A stretch of 41,173 nucleotides of DNA from Utricularia gibba (lineage: Eukaryota > Plantae > Magnoliophyta). A program made the position numbers and the translations under genes. The notes beneath the pieces are model-generated. The model made no database searches. It was given only the letters and a program-made list of their open reading frames with translations, and was not told the DNA's origin. Shown here piece after piece: positions 35,426-41,173 of this stretch; position 1 is the first letter of the stretch; each line of letters begins with the position of its first letter. Where the stretch lies: NCBI GenBank assembly GCA_002189035.1, contig NEEC01000146.1:1-41173 (forward strand). Direction: 5' to 3'.

Positions 35426-38400
35426 CATGTAGGCAGCCGCCGAAAACCCAACGTTAATAAATGCATCACTTTTTTGGCCGGGCTACAAATGACTATGGGC
35501 CAGAGCGCGACTCGACCATTTGCTCGATACTAGTGCCAGCCTAGAGCACCTCGTCAAATATAAATCAGGTTGTTGAGAAAACCATTTGGTCATGACATCA
35601 TAACTTCATTAAATGCATCACGATTTTCATCGAGTAGGACCCGATTGGGCTAAGGAGCCAGACCAAACCTTGGGCCTTACAAAGCTGCCAACGACAGCAC
35701 CCACCTTAAAACGGCAAGCTGTTGCTTGAAAAACCATGGGGCAGCCGCCGACAACCCAACGTTAATAAATGCATCTTCTTTTGACGGGCTACAGCTGACT
35801 TTGTCCCCCATTCCGGCCCGATCTCTGACCCACAAAAGCGCCTTCTCAAGTTGCATGCTGTTGAAAAAAGCATTTGGGGTGGTCTTGAGATCCGGTAACG
35901 ATTTTCGTCGAATGGGACCTTATTGTGCTGTGAAGTCAGACCGAACCTTGGGTCCGGACGAAGTTCCCAACAACAGCACCCGCCAAAAAACGACAACTTT
36001 TCCTTGAAAAAGCATGTAGGCAGCCGCCGAAAACCCAACGTTAATAAATGCATCACTTTTTTGGCCGGGCTACAAATGACTATGGGCCAGAGCGCGACTC
36101 GACCATTTGCTCGATACTAGTGCCAGCCTAGAGCACCTCGTCAAATATAAATCAGGTTGTTGAGAAAACCATTTGGGGCGCTCATGACATCATAACTTCA
36201 TTAAATGCATCACGATTTTCATCGAGTAGGACCCGATTGGGCTAAGGAGCCAGACCAAACCTTGGGCCCTTACAAAGCTGCCAACGACAGCACCCACCTT
36301 AAAACGGCAAGCTGTTGCTTGAAAAACCATGTGGGCAGCCGCCGAAACCCAACGTTAATAAATGCATCACTTCTTTTGACGGGCTACAGCTGACTTTGTC
36401 CCCAAGCCCGACCCGAATTCCGGCCCGATCCGGTGACCCACAAAAGCGCCTTCTCAAGTGTAAGCATGCTGTTGAAAAAAGCATTTGGGGTGGTCTTGAG
36501 ATCCTCACTTCAATAAAGGTATCACGATTTTCGTCGAATGGGACCTTATTGTGCTGTGAAGTCAGACCGAACCTTGGGTCCGGACGAAGTTCCCAACAAC
36601 AGCACCCGCCAAAAAACGACAACTTTTCCTTGAAAAGCATGTAGGCAGCCGCCGAAAACCCAACGTTAATAAATGCATCACTTTTTTGGCCGGGCTACAA
36701 ATGACTATGGGCCAGAGCGCGACTCGACCATTTGCTCGATACTAGTGCCAGCCTAGAGCACCTCGTCAAATATAAATCAGGTTGTTGAGAAAACCATTTG
36801 GGGCGCTCATGACATCATAACTTCATTAAATGCATCACGATTTTCATCGAGTAGGACCCGATTGGGCTAAGGAGCCAGACCAAACCTTGGGCCCTTACAA
36901 AGCTGCCAACGACAGCACCCACCTTAAAACGGCAAGCTGTTGCTTGAAAAACCATGTGGGCAGCCGCCGACAACCCAACGTTAATAAATGCATCACTTCT
37001 TTTGACGGGCTACAGCTGACTTTGTCCCCCAAGCCCGACCCGAATTCCGGCCCGAGGTGACCCACAAAAGCGCCTTCTCAAGTGTATAGCATGCTGTTGA
37101 AAAAAGCATTTGGGGTGGTCTTGAGATCCTCACTTCAATAAAGGTATCACGATTTTCGTCGAATGGGACCTTATTGTGCTGTGAAGTCAGACCGAACCTT
37201 GGGTCCGGACGAAGTTCCCAACAACAGCACCCGCCAAAAAACGACAACTTTTCCTTGAAAAGCATGTAGGCAGCCGCCGAAAACCCAACGTTAATAAATG
37301 CATCACTTTTTTGGCCGGGCTACAAATGACTATGGGCCAGAGCGCGACTCGACCATTTGCTCGATACTAGTGCCAGCCTAGAGCACCTCGTCAAATATAA
37401 ATCAGGTTGTTGAGAAAACCATTTGGGGCGCTCATGACATCATAACCATTAAATGCATCACGATTTTCATCGAGTAGGACCCGATTGGGCTAAGGAGCCA
37501 GACCAAACCTTGGGCCCTTACAAAGCTGCCAACGACAGCACCCACCTTAAAACGGCAAGCTGTTGCTTGAAAAACCATGTGGGCAGCCGCCGACAACCCA
37601 ACGTTAATAAATGCATCACTTCTTTTGACGGGCTACAGCTGACTTTGTCCCCCAAGCCCGACCCGAATTCCGGCCCGATCTCGGTGACCCACAAAAGCGC
37701 CTTCTCAAGTGTATAGCATGCTGTTGAAAAAAGCATTTGGGGGTCTTGAGATCCTCACTTCAATAAAGGTATCACGATTTTCGTCGAATGGGACCTTATT
37801 GTGCTGTGAAGTCAGACCGAACCTTGGGTCCGGACGAAGTTCAACAACAGCACCCGCCAAAAAACGACAACTTTTCCTTGAAAAAGCATGTAGGCAGCCG
37901 CCGAAAACCCAACGTTAATAAATGCATCACTTTTTTGGCCGGGCTACAAATGACTATGGGCCAGAGCGCGACTCGACCATTTGCTCGATACTAGTGCCAG
38001 CCTAGAGCACCTCGTCAAATATAAATCAGGTTGTTGAGAAAACCATTTGGGGCGCTCATGACATCATAACTTCATTAAATGCATCACGATTTTCATCGAG
38101 TAGGACCCGATTGGGCTAAGGAGCCAGACCAAACCTTGGGCCCTTACAAAGCTGCCAACGACAGCACCCACCTTAAAACGGCAAGCTGTTGCTTGAAAAA
38201 CCATGGGGCAGCCGCCGACAACCCAACGTTAATAAATGCATCACTTCTTTTGACGGGCTACAGCTGACTTTGTCCCCAAGCCCGACCGAATTCCGGCCCG
38301 ATCTGGGTGACCCACAAAAGCGCCTTCTCAGTTTAAAGCATGCTGTTGAAAAAAGCATTTGGGGTTTGAGATCCTCACTTCAATAAAGGTATCACGATTT

Positions 38401-40541
38401 TCGTCGAATGGGACCTTATTGTGCTGTGAAGTCAGACCGAACCTTGGGTCGGACGAAGTTCCAACAACAGCACCCGCCAAAAAACGACAACTTTTCCTTG
38501 AAAAAGCATGTAGGCAGCCGCCGAAAACCCAACGTTAATAAATGCATCACTTTTTTGGCCGGGCTACAAATGACTATGGGCCAGAGCGCGACTCGACCAT
38601 TTGCTCGATACTAGTGCCAGCCTAGAGCACCTCGTCAAATATAAATCAGGTTGTTGAGAAAACCATTTGGGGCGCTCATGACATCATAACTCATTAAATG
38701 CATCACGATTTTCATCGAGTAGGACCCGATTGGGCTAAGGAGCCAGACCAAACCTTGGGCCCTTACAAAGCTGCCAACGACAGCACCCACCTTAAAACGG
38801 CAAGCTGTTGCTTGAAAAACCATGTGGGCAGCCGCCGACAACCCAACGTTAATAAATGCATCACTTCTTTTGACGGGCTACAGCTGACTTTGTCCCCCAA
38901 GCCCGACCCGAATTCCGGCCCGATCTGGGTGACCCACAAAAGCGCCTTCTCAAGTTTAAGCATGCTGTTGAAAAAAGCATTTGGGTGGTCATGAGATCCT
39001 CACTTCAATAAAGGTATCACGATTTTCGTCGAATGGACCTTATTGTGCTGTGAAGTCAGACCGAACCTTGGGTCCGGACGAAGTTCCAACAACAGCACCC
39101 GCCAAAAAACGACAACTTTTCCTTGAAAAAGCATGTAGGCAGCCGCCGAAAACCCAACGTTAATAAATGCATCACTTTTTTGGCCGGGCTACAAATGACT
39201 ATGGGCCAGAGCGCGACTCGACCATTTGCTCGATACTAGTGCCAGCCTAGAGCACCTCGTCAAATATAAATCAGGTTGTTGAGAAAACCATTTGGGGCGC
39301 TCATGACATCATAACTTCATTAAATGCATCACGATTTTCATCGAGTAGGACCCGATTGGGCTAAGGAGCCAGACCAAACCTTGGGCCCTTACAAAGCTGC
39401 CAACGACAGCACCCACCTTAAAACGGCAAGCTGTTGCTTGAAAAACCATGTGGGCAGCCGCCGACAACCCAACGTTAATAAATGCATCACTTCTTTTGAC
39501 GGGCTACAGCTGACTTTGTCCCCCAAGCCGACCCGAATTCCGGCCCGATCTGGGTGACCCACAAAAGCGCCTTCTCAAGTTTAAGCATGCTGTTGAAAAA
39601 AGCATTTGGGGTGGTCTTGAGATCCTCACTTCAATAAAGGTATCACGATTTTCGTCGAATGGGACCTTATTGTGCTGTGAAGTCAGACCGAACCTTGGGT
39701 CCGGACGAAGTTCCAACAACAGCACCCGCCAAAAAACGACAACTTTTCCTTGAAAAAGCATGTAGGCAGCCGCCGAAAACCCAACGTTAATAAATGCATC
39801 ACTTTTTTGGCCGGGCTACAAATGACTATGGGCCAGAGCGCGACTCGACCATTTGCTCGATACTAGTGCCAGCCTAGAGCACCTCGTCAAATATAAATCA
39901 GGTTGTTGAGAAAACCATTTGGGGCGCTCATGACATCATAACTTCATTAAATGCATCACGATTTTCATCGAGTAGGACCCGATTGGGCTAAGGAGCCAGA
40001 CCAAACCTTGGGCCCTTACAAAGCTGCCAACGACAGCACCCACCTTAAAACGGCAAGCTGTTGCTTGAAAAACCATGTGGGCAGCCGCCGACAACCCAAC
40101 GTTAATAAATGCATCACTTCTTTTGACGGGCTACAGCTGACTTTGTCCCCCAAGCCCGACCCGAATTCCGGCCCGATCTCGGTGACCCACAAAAGCGCCT
40201 TCTCAAGTTTAAGCATGCTGTTGAAAAAGCATTTGGGGTGGTCATGAGATCCTACTTCAATAAAGGTATCACGATTTTCGTCGAATGGGACCTTATTGTG
40301 CTGTGAAGTCAGACCGAACCTTGGGTCCGGACGAAGTTCCAACAACAGCACCCGCCAAAAAACGACAACTTTTCCTTGAAAAAGCATGTAGGCAGCCGCC
40401 GAAAACCCAACGTTAATAAATGCATCACTTTTTTGGCCGGGCTACAAATGACTATGGGCCAGAGCGCGACTCGACCATTTGCTCGATACTAGTGCCAGCC
40501 TAGAGCACCTCGTCAAATATAAATCAGGTTGTTGAGAAAAC

Positions 40542-40712
40542 CATTTGGGGCGCTCATGACATCCTAACTTCATTAAATGCATCACGATTTTCATCGAGTA
40601 GGACCCGATTGGGCTAAGGAGCCAGACCAAACCTTGGGCCCTTACAAAGCTGCCCGATCTCGGTGACCCACAAAAGCGCCTTCTCAAGTTTAAAGCATGC
40701 TGTTGAAAAAAG
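40542..40712 (+). repeat. B dimer with a clean 145-bp internal deletion
   Basis: b1 position 113 (ACAAAGCTGCC) is joined directly to b2 position 101 (CGATCTCGGTG) at about 40654/40655, and both flanks are intact. Confidence 0.85.
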
Positions 40713-41173
40713 CATTTGGGGTGGTCATGAGATCCTCACTTCAATAAAGGTATCACGATTTTCGTCGAATGGGACCTTATTGTGCTGTGAAGTCAGACCG
40801 AACCTTGGGTCCGGACGAAGTTCCAACAACAGCACCCGCCAAAAAACGACAACTTTTCCTTGAAAAGCATGTAGGCAGCCGCCGAAAACCCAACGTTAAT
40901 AAATGCATCACTTTTTTGGCCGGGCTACAAATGACTATGGGCCAGAGCGCGACTCGACCATTTGCTCGATACTAGTGCCAGCCTAGAGCACCTCGTCAAA
41001 TATAAATCAGGTTGTTGAGAAAACCATTTTGGGCGCTCATGACATCATAACATTAAATGCATCACGATTTTCATCGAGTAGGACCCGATTGGGCTAAGGA
41101 GCCAGACCAAACCTTGGGCCCTTACAAAGCTGCCAACGACAGCACCCACCTTAAAACGGCAAGCTGTTGCTTG

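Larger units (their letters stand above)
26166..38300 (+). repeat. Right subfamily domain of the array (boundaries approximate)
   Basis: Units carry GACATCATAAC, GGGCTAAGG, CACCCACC, TTTGACGGG, TTGTCCCCCAAGCCCGACC, GGTCTTGAGATCCTCAC and TACTAGTGCCAGCCTAGAGC (SpeI site). No hexamers and no SacI site seen. Confidence 0.85.
1..41173. repeat. Tandem satellite DNA array with a 630-bp higher-order repeat of four 157/158-bp monomers; about 63 HOR copies plus 9 extra dimers
   Basis: The same landmarks recur in one orientation from base 1 to the end: AAGGTATCACGATTTTCGTCGAATGGGACC once per HOR, GAATTC once per HOR, and AACGTTAATAAATGCATCAC twice per HOR. A-dimer starts include 1, 614, 1239, 2117, 28051, 28681, 29310, 40230 and 40713. 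The period in the cleanest stretch is exactly 630 (28051 to 28681), matching ORF-track repeats at 27770, 28400 and 29030. Confidence 0.99.

Noticed and set aside
56-40975. All ORFs in the six-frame track (60-168 aa, for example MHHDFHRVGPDWA... and MMHLLTLGFRRLP...)
   Set aside because: They are the same few frames of the satellite repeated every 630 bp on both strands. Their ends shift with homopolymer indels and I recognise no protein domain. They are chance ORFs.
1-41173. CRISPR-like array (conserved 46-bp box alternating with more variable sequence)
   Set aside because: The intervening segments are not unique spacers; they are homologous and repeat every 630 bp. There is no leader or cas gene.
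1-41173. Tandem RNA-gene array (5S rDNA, spliced-leader, snRNA or tRNA cluster) suggested by the ~315-bp unit
   Set aside because: I see no 5S rRNA, nematode SL1 or kinetoplastid mini-exon signature and no tRNA cloverleaf on either strand. An Infernal/Rfam scan would close this formally.
1-41173. Rolling-circle concatemer of a single 630-bp circle (eccDNA, minicircle or library artefact)
   Set aside because: One template would give uniform copies with random errors. Here variants come in multi-kb blocks and a third dimer is interspersed.

Overview
The whole 41,173-bp window is one uninterrupted, head-to-tail, single-orientation satellite DNA array, almost certainly eukaryotic and resembling a centromeric or heterochromatic satellite. 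I find no supportable gene, RNA gene, transposon or CRISPR array; the ORF track is one repeat re-read about 63 times. The repeat is nested. A 157/158-bp monomer forms a ~315-bp dimer, and two diverged dimers (A = a1+a2, B = b1+b2) form a 630-bp tetrameric higher-order repeat (HOR; 157+157+158+158 bp, clean copy at 28051-28680). I count 63 A dimers and 63 B dimers, the last one partial. Nine HOR copies carry an extra, third diverged dimer (x+y) between b1 and b2, giving a hexamer; seven of the nine lie in the first 10 kb and none lies after 21.7 kb. Diagnostic SNPs split the array into a left subfamily (~0.6-21 kb) and a right subfamily (~26-38 kb), joined by a stepwise transition. A possible 3xHOR (~1.9 kb) super-period appears at 25-33 kb. 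Many 1-bp homopolymer deletions and several patchwork-degraded units point to long-read or consensus error, so fine-scale variants need read-level confirmation. I cannot name the satellite family or the organism, and I found no novel protein-coding system. All identities quoted are hand counts on single copies.
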